Source: an uncultured Flavobacteriales bacterium (GTDB taxonomy: Bacteria > Bacteroidota > Bacteroidia > Flavobacteriales_D > CAJJDF01). From it: 64,000 bases of DNA. The stretch covers positions 71,253 through 135,252 of the forward strand of contig CAKZNB010000033.1 of the NCBI GenBank assembly GCA_937129365.1, given 5' to 3'. The notes beneath the pieces are model-generated. The model did no database searches. It was not told the origin of the DNA and worked only from the letters and a program-made list of their open reading frames with translations. Made by a program: the position numbers and the translations under genes. Position 1 is the stretch's first letter. Each line of letters begins with the position of its first letter. Below are positions 55,454 to 64,000 of the stretch, piece by piece.

Positions 55454-57394
55454 ATGGACAGAAATACCGTAGTAGGATTAGTATTGATTGTAGGGATATT
55501 AATTACTTTCAACTATTTAAACCGTGAAACTCCAGAGCAGGCAGAAGCTAGAATGGCTCAAATAAAAGAGCAAAGAATGCAAGATAGTATTCAACAGCTC
55601 AAAGACGCTGATACGAGCTTAGTCAATAATAATATTGAAACAGCTATTGTAAATCCAGCATTAGATTCTACACTTTCTCAAGCACAAAGAGATTCATTGA
55701 AAGCAATATCAAACTCAAAATTAGCAAATCAATTTGCAGCGTTTTCTGCTTCGGCAATAGGAACGGATAATGAATATATTATTGAAAATGAAGATTTGCG
55801 ATTAACCATTGCTAGTAAAGGAGGTAAGGTTGTAAAAGCTGAATTGAAAAAATATCAGAATTACAAAAACTACATGATAGCGAAAGATTCGCTAAAAGAT
55901 ACTCCAGCAAAGGATCTTCCAATCCTTGAACCTATTCAGCTATTTGATAGAGATTCCTCTGACATGTTTTTCAAAATGAGTTTGTTAGATGGTAAAAAAA
56001 TCAAAACTTCTGACTTGTATTTTGTTCCGATTTCTGAGGGAACGGACAAAATAGTACTGAGAGCAAAAACAGATAATGAAGGAGGGTTTATCGAAATGAA
56101 TTATTCTTTATCAGAAAATTACAATGTTGATTTTTCTCTTGATTTTGTTGGGTTAGAAAATGTGGTAAGTGGAGATGATTTGTATTTTAACTGGGAAATG
56201 AAATCCTTACTTACTGAAAAAGAACCTGAAGGGCAAAGTAGAATGAGTAGTGTGTTTTATAAGCCCAAAGATGACGGAAGAACTTATCTTTCGGAAATGA
56301 CTGAAGATGAAGATGAAATAGAGTCAACAACTACTTGGGTGGCTTTCAAACATTGTTATTTTTCTTCAGCCGTAATTTCAGAAGAAGGATTTAAAAAAGG
56401 AGGAAATGTATTTTCGCAACCAATAAAAACAGCCAAATACTCGGATGAATATAAGGCTTCGCTAAATGTATCTACTGATATTGATAACCGAACGAGCATC
56501 CCATTAACTTTCTTTTTTGGACCAAATGATTACGATATTTTGGCTTCTCATGAAAATGAAATGGAAGATATAATTGATCTTGGTTGGGGAATTTTCAGAT
56601 GGACTGCCAAATGGTTGATTAAACCAATATTTAATTTCTTAAATGGATTTGGTATTGCAATGGGATTAATTATTTTGTTATTGACTATTATCGTTAGGCT
56701 TATAATTCTCCCTCTTACCTACAAAAACTACAAATCGAGTGCAAAAATGAAGGTGTTAAAACCTGAAATTGCGGAGATTAACGAAAAATACAAGGATGGA
56801 GATGCTGCTGAAAAGCAAAAAGCAACCATGGCACTCTACCGTAAAACGGGTGTAAACCCAATGGCTGGATGTTTGCCAATTTTTATTCAAATGCCAATTT
56901 TACTTGCAGTATTTAGATTTTTCCCATCTTCTATAGATTTGAGACAGCGTTCATTTTTATGGGCAGAAGATTTATCAACTTATGAATCGGTAATGGAATT
57001 AGGATTTCATATACCTGCTTATGGAAGTCATGTAAGTTTATTTACTTTATTACTATGTATTTCTACAATTTTCTATACAAGAATGAATAGTAGCCAGATG
57101 AGTATGCCTTCTCAACCAGGAATGCCAAACATGAAGATAATTATGTATCTGATGCCGCTAATGATGTTGTTTTTCTTAAATAATTATGCAGCCGGTCTTA
57201 CTTTCTACTATTTCTGTGGTAACTTGATTACAATGGGATTAATGTTATTAGTAAAAAATTATTTTATTGATGAAAAGAAGATTAGAGCAACAATTGAAGA
57301 GAATAAATTGAAGCCCAAAAAACAATCGGCATTTCAAAAAAGGCTTGAAGAAGCAATGAAGCAACAGCAAGCTCAAAAAGGGAAAAAGAAGTAA
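55454..57394 (+). CDS. yidC: Membrane protein insertase YidC
   Basis: Large periplasmic N-terminal domain and a conserved C-terminal core (LPL..K.YKS.AKM..L.PE...I.EKYK, GVNP..GCLP...Q.PI). Confidence 0.9.
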   Translation: MDRNTVVGLVLIVGILITFNYLNRETPEQAEARMAQIKEQRMQDSIQQLKDADTSLVNNNIETAIVNPALDSTLSQAQRDSLKAISNSKLANQFAAFSASAIGTDNEYIIENEDLRLTIASKGGKVVKAELKKYQNYKNYMIAKDSLKDTPAKDLPILEPIQLFDRDSSDMFFKMSLLDGKKIKTSDLYFVPISEGTDKIVLRAKTDNEGGFIEMNYSLSENYNVDFSLDFVGLENVVSGDDLYFNWEMKSLLTEKEPEGQSRMSSVFYKPKDDGRTYLSEMTEDEDEIESTTTWVAFKHCYFSSAVISEEGFKKGGNVFSQPIKTAKYSDEYKASLNVSTDIDNRTSIPLTFFFGPNDYDILASHENEMEDIIDLGWGIFRWTAKWLIKPIFNFLNGFGIAMGLIILLLTIIVRLIILPLTYKNYKSSAKMKVLKPEIAEINEKYKDGDAAEKQKATMALYRKTGVNPMAGCLPIFIQMPILLAVFRFFPSSIDLRQRSFLWAEDLSTYESVMELGFHIPAYGSHVSLFTLLLCISTIFYTRMNSSQMSMPSQPGMPNMKIIMYLMPLMMLFFLNNYAAGLTFYYFCGNLITMGLMLLVKNYFIDEKKIRATIEENKLKPKKQSAFQKRLEEAMKQQQAQKGKKK

Positions 57395-57435
57395 TTGGAA
57401 CGCTTTTTGATTTTAATACTACAAATTAAGACATC

Positions 57436-57999
57436 ATGAAAAAGATACTTTACTTATTTATTATTATTTCTCTTGTGTTAGTTTCTTGTAAAAACAGAAA
57501 AAAACAAAAAGAAGCTGATAAGGCTAAATCTGAAGTTGTGAAAGAAACTCCAGTTAAACCTCAAGAAAAAAGTGAATACCCACCAGAAGAAGTGGTTGAG
57601 ATAACTGATGAAAAACTAGGAAAAACAGTTGTAATCTCTTTATCAAAAACAGTATGTTTTGGTGCCTGTCCTGCTTTTAAATTTTCTGTTTATGGAAATA
57701 ATAAGGCAATTTATGAAGGAATTAAGGATGTAGATAAAATTGGAAGTTATGTAGCCACAATCCCAACAAGCGAAATTGAAAAACTGTTGACAGAGGCAGC
57801 CTCTATTGGTTATTATTCATTAAATGATGTGTATGATAATAAATACGTAACAGATTTACCCACAGCTACCACTTACCTTAACTTCAATGGAAAAGAAAAG
57901 AAAATCATCTGTAGGTATGATTGCGATCAAAAAATTAACAAAATAAATAAATTAATTGAAGAGATGATAAAAAATGCGAAATGGAAAAAAGTTAAGTAA
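57436..57999 (+). CDS. Hypothetical lipoprotein
   Basis: Lipobox LVSCKN and a Lys/Glu-rich linker. Confidence 0.5.
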   Translation: MKKILYLFIIISLVLVSCKNRKKQKEADKAKSEVVKETPVKPQEKSEYPPEEVVEITDEKLGKTVVISLSKTVCFGACPAFKFSVYGNNKAIYEGIKDVDKIGSYVATIPTSEIEKLLTEAASIGYYSLNDVYDNKYVTDLPTATTYLNFNGKEKKIICRYDCDQKINKINKLIEEMIKNAKWKKVK

Positions 58000-58028
58000 T
58001 AAACACTTTATCATTCAATATTTTAACT

Positions 58029-58064
58029 AATCCTCGGTTTTTCGAAACCGAGGATTTTTTTTTT
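58029..58064 (+). terminator. Rho-independent terminator
   Basis: AATCCTCGGTTT pairs with AAACCGAGGATT, with a TTCG loop, followed by a T-run of about 10. Confidence 0.85.
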
Positions 58065-58102
58065 CGTATTTTAGATGATAATAATATATGTAACTACAAA
58101 TA

Positions 58103-59782
58103 ATGAAAAATTTATTACTTTTTTGTGCACTTTCAATTTCAATCCATTCCTTTTCGCAAAGTAAAAATATGCGATTATTGGGAATATGGACTGACACAAC
58201 TTTAGCTACCAATGCTGGTGGATACACTTATAACGAATGTTTTGGTTTTGTAGCCAATGGACGAGAATATGGAGTACTGGGTTCAACCCAAGGAAGTCAT
58301 ATTATTGATATTACCAATCCTGATAGTTTATTTGAAGCAGACTTTGTTCCAGGAAGATTCAGAGGAAATGTAACCCATAGAGATTTTGATGTTAGAAATG
58401 GACACCTCTACATGGTTTGTGACCAAGGAAATAGTAGTTTGCAAGTAGCGGATTTATCTTATTTACCTGATTCTGTACATGTTGTGTATGATAGTAGAAA
58501 TTTATTAGTAAGGTCTCACAATATTTTTATTGACTCTGCAAATGACATTTTGTACACATGTGGTGGAAGTAAACTAACAGGAAGTAACGATTTAAGAATG
58601 ATTGATATTTCAGTTCCATCAAATCCCACTCTAATAGCTGATTTAGATGATGATGTTTCTTGGTGGGGATCATTTGTAGGATATGTTCATGATATTTATG
58701 TAAAAGACAATATTGCTTACACCAATGATGCAGATGCCATGCACATTATTGACATGTCAAATCCTTTATCGCCCTCTATTCTTGGTACAATATCAAGTTA
58801 CAGCGACAAAGGATATAACCATTCAGGTTTTTTGATGGATGACGATACAACTTACGTAATGTGTGATGAAACTCATGGAAAGCGTACTAAATTTATGGAT
58901 GTTTCTACACCATCAAGTATTCAAGTTACAGATTTGGAAGGACCAGCATTGCCAAACTCTGACCAAATTCCTCATAATCCTATTATCAAAGGCTATTATG
59001 CTTATGTAAGTTATTATTATGATGGAGTTCAGGTATATGATATTCGTGATAAATTTAATATAACAAATGCAGGGTATTATGATACCTACCAAGGACCAAA
59101 TGCTCCTGGTGGTGAAGGTTGTTGGGGAGTTTATCCATTATTGCCTTCAGGTAAAATATTAGCTTCTGATAGAAGAAGAGGACTTTTTGTATTGGATCAT
59201 TTGTTACCACCAACAGTAAGTTTCGACACAAATACGGTTTCTTATTTTGAAAACGAAGGCTTAAATCATATTTATTTGGAAAGCTCTAATCAATTTGATG
59301 ATACTGTTAAAATTATTGTAGACTTAGATACGGCAAATAGTACAGCTGATTGGAATATTGATTACACTGTAAGCACCGTTTTTCCTGTCTCTATTAATTT
59401 TGTAGGAGCAAAAACTTTGGATAGTATTCCTTTTATGTTAATTGATAATATAGATGTTGATGGAGATAAAACCATTTTATTTAAAATTACAACTATTACT
59501 AATGGAGAAATAGGTATTCATTCTCAAGACACAGTTTTTATAAAGGATACGGAAGTATTAAGCACAAATGAAATTAACAAAGAAAGGATTAGTTTTTATC
59601 CAAACCCGGTCAATTCGGGGAATTTAGTTTCTTTTTCTAGCTCTGTTTCCTACTCTCTGATTGATGCAACAGGAAAGTTAGTTTTATCAGGAAAAGGAAG
59701 AAATTTTTCTACTTCTGATCTATCAAAAGGAATTTACTTGATTCAATATGAAGGAATAACAGAGAAACTAATAATTCAATAA
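58103..59782 (+). CDS. Choice-of-anchor-B / LVIVD-repeat beta-propeller protein with T9SS C-terminal sorting domain
   Basis: N-terminal pattern NMRLLGIW...YNECFGFVANGREYGVLGSTQGSHIIDITNP. C-terminus FYPNPVNSGNLVSF...GIYLIQYEGITEKLIIQ. Confidence 0.75.
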   Translation: MKNLLLFCALSISIHSFSQSKNMRLLGIWTDTTLATNAGGYTYNECFGFVANGREYGVLGSTQGSHIIDITNPDSLFEADFVPGRFRGNVTHRDFDVRNGHLYMVCDQGNSSLQVADLSYLPDSVHVVYDSRNLLVRSHNIFIDSANDILYTCGGSKLTGSNDLRMIDISVPSNPTLIADLDDDVSWWGSFVGYVHDIYVKDNIAYTNDADAMHIIDMSNPLSPSILGTISSYSDKGYNHSGFLMDDDTTYVMCDETHGKRTKFMDVSTPSSIQVTDLEGPALPNSDQIPHNPIIKGYYAYVSYYYDGVQVYDIRDKFNITNAGYYDTYQGPNAPGGEGCWGVYPLLPSGKILASDRRRGLFVLDHLLPPTVSFDTNTVSYFENEGLNHIYLESSNQFDDTVKIIVDLDTANSTADWNIDYTVSTVFPVSINFVGAKTLDSIPFMLIDNIDVDGDKTILFKITTITNGEIGIHSQDTVFIKDTEVLSTNEINKERISFYPNPVNSGNLVSFSSSVSYSLIDATGKLVLSGKGRNFSTSDLSKGIYLIQYEGITEKLIIQ

Positions 59783-59787
59783 GTGAT

Positions 59788-60798
59788 TTGCGAGAATTAT
59801 CCTACATAGGAATTTTCTTGTTCGTCTTTTGTGCTAATACGAGGGCACAAGACATTCATTTCTCGCAATTTTACAATTCTCCACTTACTTTAAATCCTGC
59901 TAATACTGGACAATTTGATGGGGATTATCGGTTTGCTGGTAACTATCGTAATCAGTGGAATGCAGTTACAATTCCTTTTGCAACTTTCAGCATGTCTGGT
60001 GATGCACGAAATGTTTTTGGGCAAAAAAATCTTGGATTAGGAGTAGTTTTTAATCATGACAATACGGGTGATTCCCGATTTACAACTACAGTGTTTAATG
60101 TTTCTGGAAGTTATAATTTTTCTTTAAATGAATCTAACACTCAAAACCTTTCGGTTGGAGTGCAGACTGGGATTACCAATAAAACATTGAGCTATGATGA
60201 ATTGAGGTTTGACGCTCAATACAATGGAATATCTTTTCAAGATGGATTGCCAAATCGGGAGAGTTTTAACACCAATTCGCAAACCTTTATGAATCTGCAT
60301 TCTGGGATAGGATACAGCAATCAAATTTCGCTAAGAGAGAGATTTGAAATAGGAGCAAGTGTATTTAATATCACAAAACCCAAAGAAAGTTATTTCAATA
60401 ATCAAGCAATTGAATTGGACAGAAGGTTTTCAGCGCATACGAGTTACCAATTTCAAGCTACAAATTCTATTGATATAATTCCTGCTATGTTTTTTATGAG
60501 GCAAGGAAAATATTTTGAATACATTGTAGGAGCAAGAGGGAAATACATTTTGTCAGAAGCAGTGGGAGCAACACAATCTGCCTATTTAGGATTGTTCTTT
60601 AGAACGAAAGATGCAGGTTTTATTACTGCCGAATACGATTACAACAATTGGCATTTTGGATTGAGTTATGACATTAATTTATCTACACTTCGTCAAGCAA
60701 GTAATGGAAGAGGAGGCATTGAGTTGTCTGTAATTTATATCTTAAAGAAAATAAAACCCTCAGCAAGTAAACACAAAAAATGCCCTAACTATTTATAA
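59788..60798 (+). CDS. PorP/SprF-family type IX secretion system membrane protein
   Basis: AQDIHFSQFYNSPLTLNPANTG N-terminal signature and a beta-barrel-like remainder. TTG start. Confidence 0.85.
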   Translation: MRELSYIGIFLFVFCANTRAQDIHFSQFYNSPLTLNPANTGQFDGDYRFAGNYRNQWNAVTIPFATFSMSGDARNVFGQKNLGLGVVFNHDNTGDSRFTTTVFNVSGSYNFSLNESNTQNLSVGVQTGITNKTLSYDELRFDAQYNGISFQDGLPNRESFNTNSQTFMNLHSGIGYSNQISLRERFEIGASVFNITKPKESYFNNQAIELDRRFSAHTSYQFQATNSIDIIPAMFFMRQGKYFEYIVGARGKYILSEAVGATQSAYLGLFFRTKDAGFITAEYDYNNWHFGLSYDINLSTLRQASNGRGGIELSVIYILKKIKPSASKHKKCPNYL

Positions 60799-60804
60799 TA
60801 AAAT

Positions 60805-60828
60805 GTCATTCCTACGAAAGCAGGAATC
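60805..60828 (+). repeat. Single GTCATTCC...GGAATC hairpin repeat unit
   Basis: GTCATTCCTACgaaaGCAGGAATC. Same hairpin family as 11357-11382 and 23897-23921. It is the source of the spurious MSFLRKQESKL extension in the ORF track. Confidence 0.65.
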
Positions 60829-60835
60829 TAAGCTA

Positions 60836-63070
60836 ATGAAGAAAGTAATTTTCCATACCATATTATTGATGTTTTTCTCAGGAATTACTCTAGGTCAATC
60901 TAAAAGCCAATACCAAAAAATTGGAGATAAGAGTATGGAGAAAGGAGATTATCAAGGAGCTGTAAATTATTACAAGATGGCTTTGGATTATGATTCGTTG
61001 GATTTACCACTTACTTTTCAATATGCTGAGGCTCTCAGACTTACAAATAATTATAGAAAAGCACAATTTTATTATTCTAAAATTTATAAAAAAGATGGAG
61101 GAAGACAATTCCCGAAAGCTGTTTTTTGGCTAGCTACTATGCAAAAAGTTAATGGAGAATATTTGGAGAGTTTTAAAACTTGGAAACAAGTAAAAACTAT
61201 TTATAGAAGAGGCAATTCTTACGAAAATAAAAAAGCAAAACAAGAGATAAAAGCATCTGCTTACGCCCGTAGAGCTGAGAAATACAGGAATGATGCACTA
61301 GTTAAAAACATTGGTCATAAAGTAAATACTGAAGCCTCAGAGTTTGCTCCCATCATTTTTGAAAACACACTTTACTTTGCTTCATTAAGAGCCAAAGACA
61401 TGGGTCCAAATGGCGAAGTGTATGACGAATTGTATCACATAAAGCTGTATCAAGCCATACAAAAAGATTCTGTTTGGGAAACAGAAAAAGAATTGCCGTT
61501 GGTAATTAACTCTCCTCAATATCACACTGGAAATGGTTGTTTCAACGGAAAAGGTGATAAATTTTACTTTTCGAGATGTGATAAAAATAATGTGTGTGAT
61601 ATAATGGTTTCAGACTATAAAAATGGAAAATGGAGCTCACCTAAAAAACTGGGAATTAATGTTGCTGGAAACACAACCACCCAACCCATGAGTTGTGATG
61701 TTAATGGAGAAGAATATTTGTTTTTTGTATCTGACAGGAAAGGTGGATTGGGAAAATTAGATATATGGTATGCCAAAGCCTATGAGAATGGCAAGTTTGC
61801 AAAACCAGTTCATACAGGAAAGAATATAAATTCTCCAGATAATGAGGTTACTCCATTTTATGATGTAGTTGGAAAGCAACTTTATTTCAGCTCAGATTGG
61901 CATGCAGGGCTTGGTGGGTTCGATATTTTTAGTGCCAAAGGAACGCCAAGAAGATTTGGGAGGCCACAAAATTTGGGAGCGCCCATTAATTCTCGTTACA
62001 ATGATTTATATTATTTTATTGACACAGTTTCTGAAGTTAACTACTTTGCATCCAATAGAGTAGTGGGTAAAGAAACAAAAAATACTACTTGTTGTAACGA
62101 TATTTTTTCGGTTAAATTTCCTAAGCCAACTCCGCCCAAAGATATTGAGATTGTAACATTGGAAGATTTGAATAAATACCTTCCCGTTACCTTATATTTT
62201 CATAATGACAGACCAAACCCTAGAACTACAAAAACTACAACAGAATTAAATTACCTAACTACTTACAGCGATTATATCCAAAGAATTCCAACTTATGAGA
62301 ACGAATATTCTGCTGGTTTATCAGGGATAAAAGAAGAGGAAGCTGTGTTAGATATACAAGATTTTTTTAAAGATTATGTTGAAAAAGGAGTTAAGGATTT
62401 AGCTCTTTTTACCGAGCTATTATTTTTAGAATTAGAAAAAGGAACCGAAATAGAGCTTACCGTCAAAGGGTTTGCAAGTCCACTTGCTAAAACAGATTAC
62501 AATGTAAATCTAACAGGAAGAAGAATATCCAGTTTGGTGAATTATTTGAAAGAAGTAGACGGAGGAAAGTTTAATAAGTATTTGGATAGTAATAAATTAA
62601 CAATAAAAAGAGTTCCTTTTGGAGAATACACTGCTAATAAATTAGTGAGTGACAATTTAAATGATAAACGTAATTCTGTATATAGCAGAGCTGCCGCATT
62701 GGAAAGGAAAATTGAAATTCAATCCGTAAATTTTTTAAATAAAAATGATTCGGTTCCTCGAATAGAATTTGATAAAGAATCGATTGATTTAGGAAAACGA
62801 AAAAATGGAATACCGATTGAAGTAGAATTTACAATTTCTAATTCAGGAACAGCACCACTTGTTGTGAATGAGATTAAGGGTTCTTGTAGTTGTACAGTGA
62901 TTGAACTAGATGAATTTTCTTTGAATCCCGGAGAATCAAAAACAATAAAAGCTGAGATAAATACTGAACAACTTTTTGGTAAATTGACCAAAACAGTAAC
63001 CGTAAAATCAAATGCTGTTCCAGCAGAAAAAACTTTTGTGATTACCTTTGAAATCATTGAAAATAAATAA
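60836..63070 (+). CDS. TPR / PD40 / OmpA-like / DUF1573-domain envelope protein
   Basis: Signal peptide MKKVIFHTILLMFFSGITLGQ from the ATG at 60836. PD40 motifs (YFSSDWHAGLGGFDIF). OmpA-like region (VKGFASPLAKTDYNVNLTGRRISS). C-terminal DUF1573 signature (FTISNSGTAPLVVNEIKGSCSCT). Confidence 0.8.
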   Translation: MKKVIFHTILLMFFSGITLGQSKSQYQKIGDKSMEKGDYQGAVNYYKMALDYDSLDLPLTFQYAEALRLTNNYRKAQFYYSKIYKKDGGRQFPKAVFWLATMQKVNGEYLESFKTWKQVKTIYRRGNSYENKKAKQEIKASAYARRAEKYRNDALVKNIGHKVNTEASEFAPIIFENTLYFASLRAKDMGPNGEVYDELYHIKLYQAIQKDSVWETEKELPLVINSPQYHTGNGCFNGKGDKFYFSRCDKNNVCDIMVSDYKNGKWSSPKKLGINVAGNTTTQPMSCDVNGEEYLFFVSDRKGGLGKLDIWYAKAYENGKFAKPVHTGKNINSPDNEVTPFYDVVGKQLYFSSDWHAGLGGFDIFSAKGTPRRFGRPQNLGAPINSRYNDLYYFIDTVSEVNYFASNRVVGKETKNTTCCNDIFSVKFPKPTPPKDIEIVTLEDLNKYLPVTLYFHNDRPNPRTTKTTTELNYLTTYSDYIQRIPTYENEYSAGLSGIKEEEAVLDIQDFFKDYVEKGVKDLALFTELLFLELEKGTEIELTVKGFASPLAKTDYNVNLTGRRISSLVNYLKEVDGGKFNKYLDSNKLTIKRVPFGEYTANKLVSDNLNDKRNSVYSRAAALERKIEIQSVNFLNKNDSVPRIEFDKESIDLGKRKNGIPIEVEFTISNSGTAPLVVNEIKGSCSCTVIELDEFSLNPGESKTIKAEINTEQLFGKLTKTVTVKSNAVPAEKTFVITFEIIENK

Positions 63071-63073
63071 ACT

Positions 63074-63568
63074 ATGCCTTATTTTGACAGATATTTAGCA
63101 CTTTCCACTTCCAAAGATATTGAAACAACTTTGGTAGAAAGCCACAACCATTTTGTGCAATTAATCCAATCTCTTTCTGAAGGTGAAATGAATTTCGCCT
63201 ACGCAGAAGGAAAATGGACTATCAAAGATTTGGTACAACATTTGATTGATACAGAAAGGATATTTGTGTATCGAGCTTTGCGATTTGCAAGAAACGACAA
63301 CACTGAGTTGCCAGGTTACGACCATGAAAATTATGGAAAAGAATCGAATGCTAATTCAAAATCAAAGGACCAATTGCTAAAAGAATTTGTAGCAGTTCAT
63401 AGAGCTACTATTATGTTTTTCAATCAGTTGTCTGATGATGCTTTATTAAGAAATGGAAAAGCAAGTGGGGAAGTAATGACCGTAAATCAAATTGCTCATA
63501 TCATAGCAGGTCACACTCAGCATCATTTATCTATTATTGAAGAAAAGTATTTACCAAATCTTAAGTAA
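63074..63568 (+). CDS. DinB-family protein
   Basis: Four-helix DinB pattern with His triad candidates (HLIDTE...HTQHH). Confidence 0.7.
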   Translation: MPYFDRYLALSTSKDIETTLVESHNHFVQLIQSLSEGEMNFAYAEGKWTIKDLVQHLIDTERIFVYRALRFARNDNTELPGYDHENYGKESNANSKSKDQLLKEFVAVHRATIMFFNQLSDDALLRNGKASGEVMTVNQIAHIIAGHTQHHLSIIEEKYLPNLK

Positions 63569-64000
63569 TGAAAAAAATACTACTATTATTAGCCCTTTCT
63601 TTTTTATATATTGGAAGCCAAGCCCAGTTACTCACTCCTCAAAAAATGATGTTCCCAACATCACATGGAGATAGTTTAGAAATTGATGTTTATTTACCTA
63701 ATAATACAGGAACTTTTCCAGTCATTTTAATCCAAACTCCGTATGGAAAAAATTCTTACAGAAATGGATTGCCACTTGGGATTAAAAAGAATTTATCCAC
63801 TAGCAAGTATGCTTTTGTAATTCTTGACTGGAGAGGGAGATTCGCTAATTTATCAAAATTTAATGCAAGTATAAAAACAGGAGAAGATGGATATGATTTG
63901 GTAGAATGGATTGCCATACAATCTTGGTGTACGGGCAAAATAGGAACTTGGGGTCCTTCTGCTCTTGGTAATGTTCAATTTGAAACAGCAAAGAAAAGAC
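63568..64000 (+). CDS. CocE/NonD-family (X-Pro dipeptidyl-peptidase S15-like) hydrolase, N-terminal part (runs off the right edge)
   Basis: Not in the ORF track. The ATG overlaps the dinB stop (TAATG). It reads MKKILLLLALSFLYIGSQAQ...LEIDVYLPNNTGTFPVILIQTPYGKN...VILDWRG...GEDGYDLVEWIA.QSWCTGKIGTWGPSALG. Confidence 0.7.
   Translation, partial: MKKILLLLALSFLYIGSQAQLLTPQKMMFPTSHGDSLEIDVYLPNNTGTFPVILIQTPYGKNSYRNGLPLGIKKNLSTSKYAFVILDWRGRFANLSKFNASIKTGEDGYDLVEWIAIQSWCTGKIGTWGPSALGNVQFETAKKR

Overview
This is a chromosomal window from an AT-rich Bacteroidota genome that looks Flavobacteriia-like. The assignment rests on several type IX secretion (T9SS) C-terminal sorting domains, a PorP/SprF gene, TAnnTTTG -7 boxes, no Shine-Dalgarno signals, and many lipoprotein or OmpA/PD40 envelope proteins. 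I support about 55 protein-coding genes. I found no rRNA, tRNA, CRISPR array, transposase, integrase or recognisable phage or defence gene set.

Main content:
1. A complete Sec-type (clade II) nitrous-oxide reductase cluster at 37.4-44.4 kb: fasciclin, cytochrome c, nosZ, a membrane protein, nosL, nosD, nosF, nosY. An Rrf2-family regulator is divergently encoded beside it.
2. A 2,982-aa T9SS-secreted subtilase (13.3-22.2 kb). It carries a PKD array with two near-identical 249-bp tandem units. It also carries three tandem modules of about 277 aa, rich in Cys-Cys doublets, of uncharacterised type. This is the most novel-looking item here.
3. A small family of MITE-like double-hairpin repeats with three loci.
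4. A full-length PNGase F homologue.
5. Tandem DjlA-like J-domain/TerB-like paralogues.
6. An archaemetzincin-like lipoprotein.
7. An orphan patatin-like protein.
8. A T9SS cargo / PorP-SprF / OmpA-PD40-DUF1573 trio.

The rest is housekeeping: maeB, an lptD-like gene, amidase, MlaD, acyl-CoA and 3-hydroxybutyryl-CoA dehydrogenases, anmK, menF, aroQ and yidC. All functional calls come from reading the translated ORFs and recalling family motifs. No database search was run.
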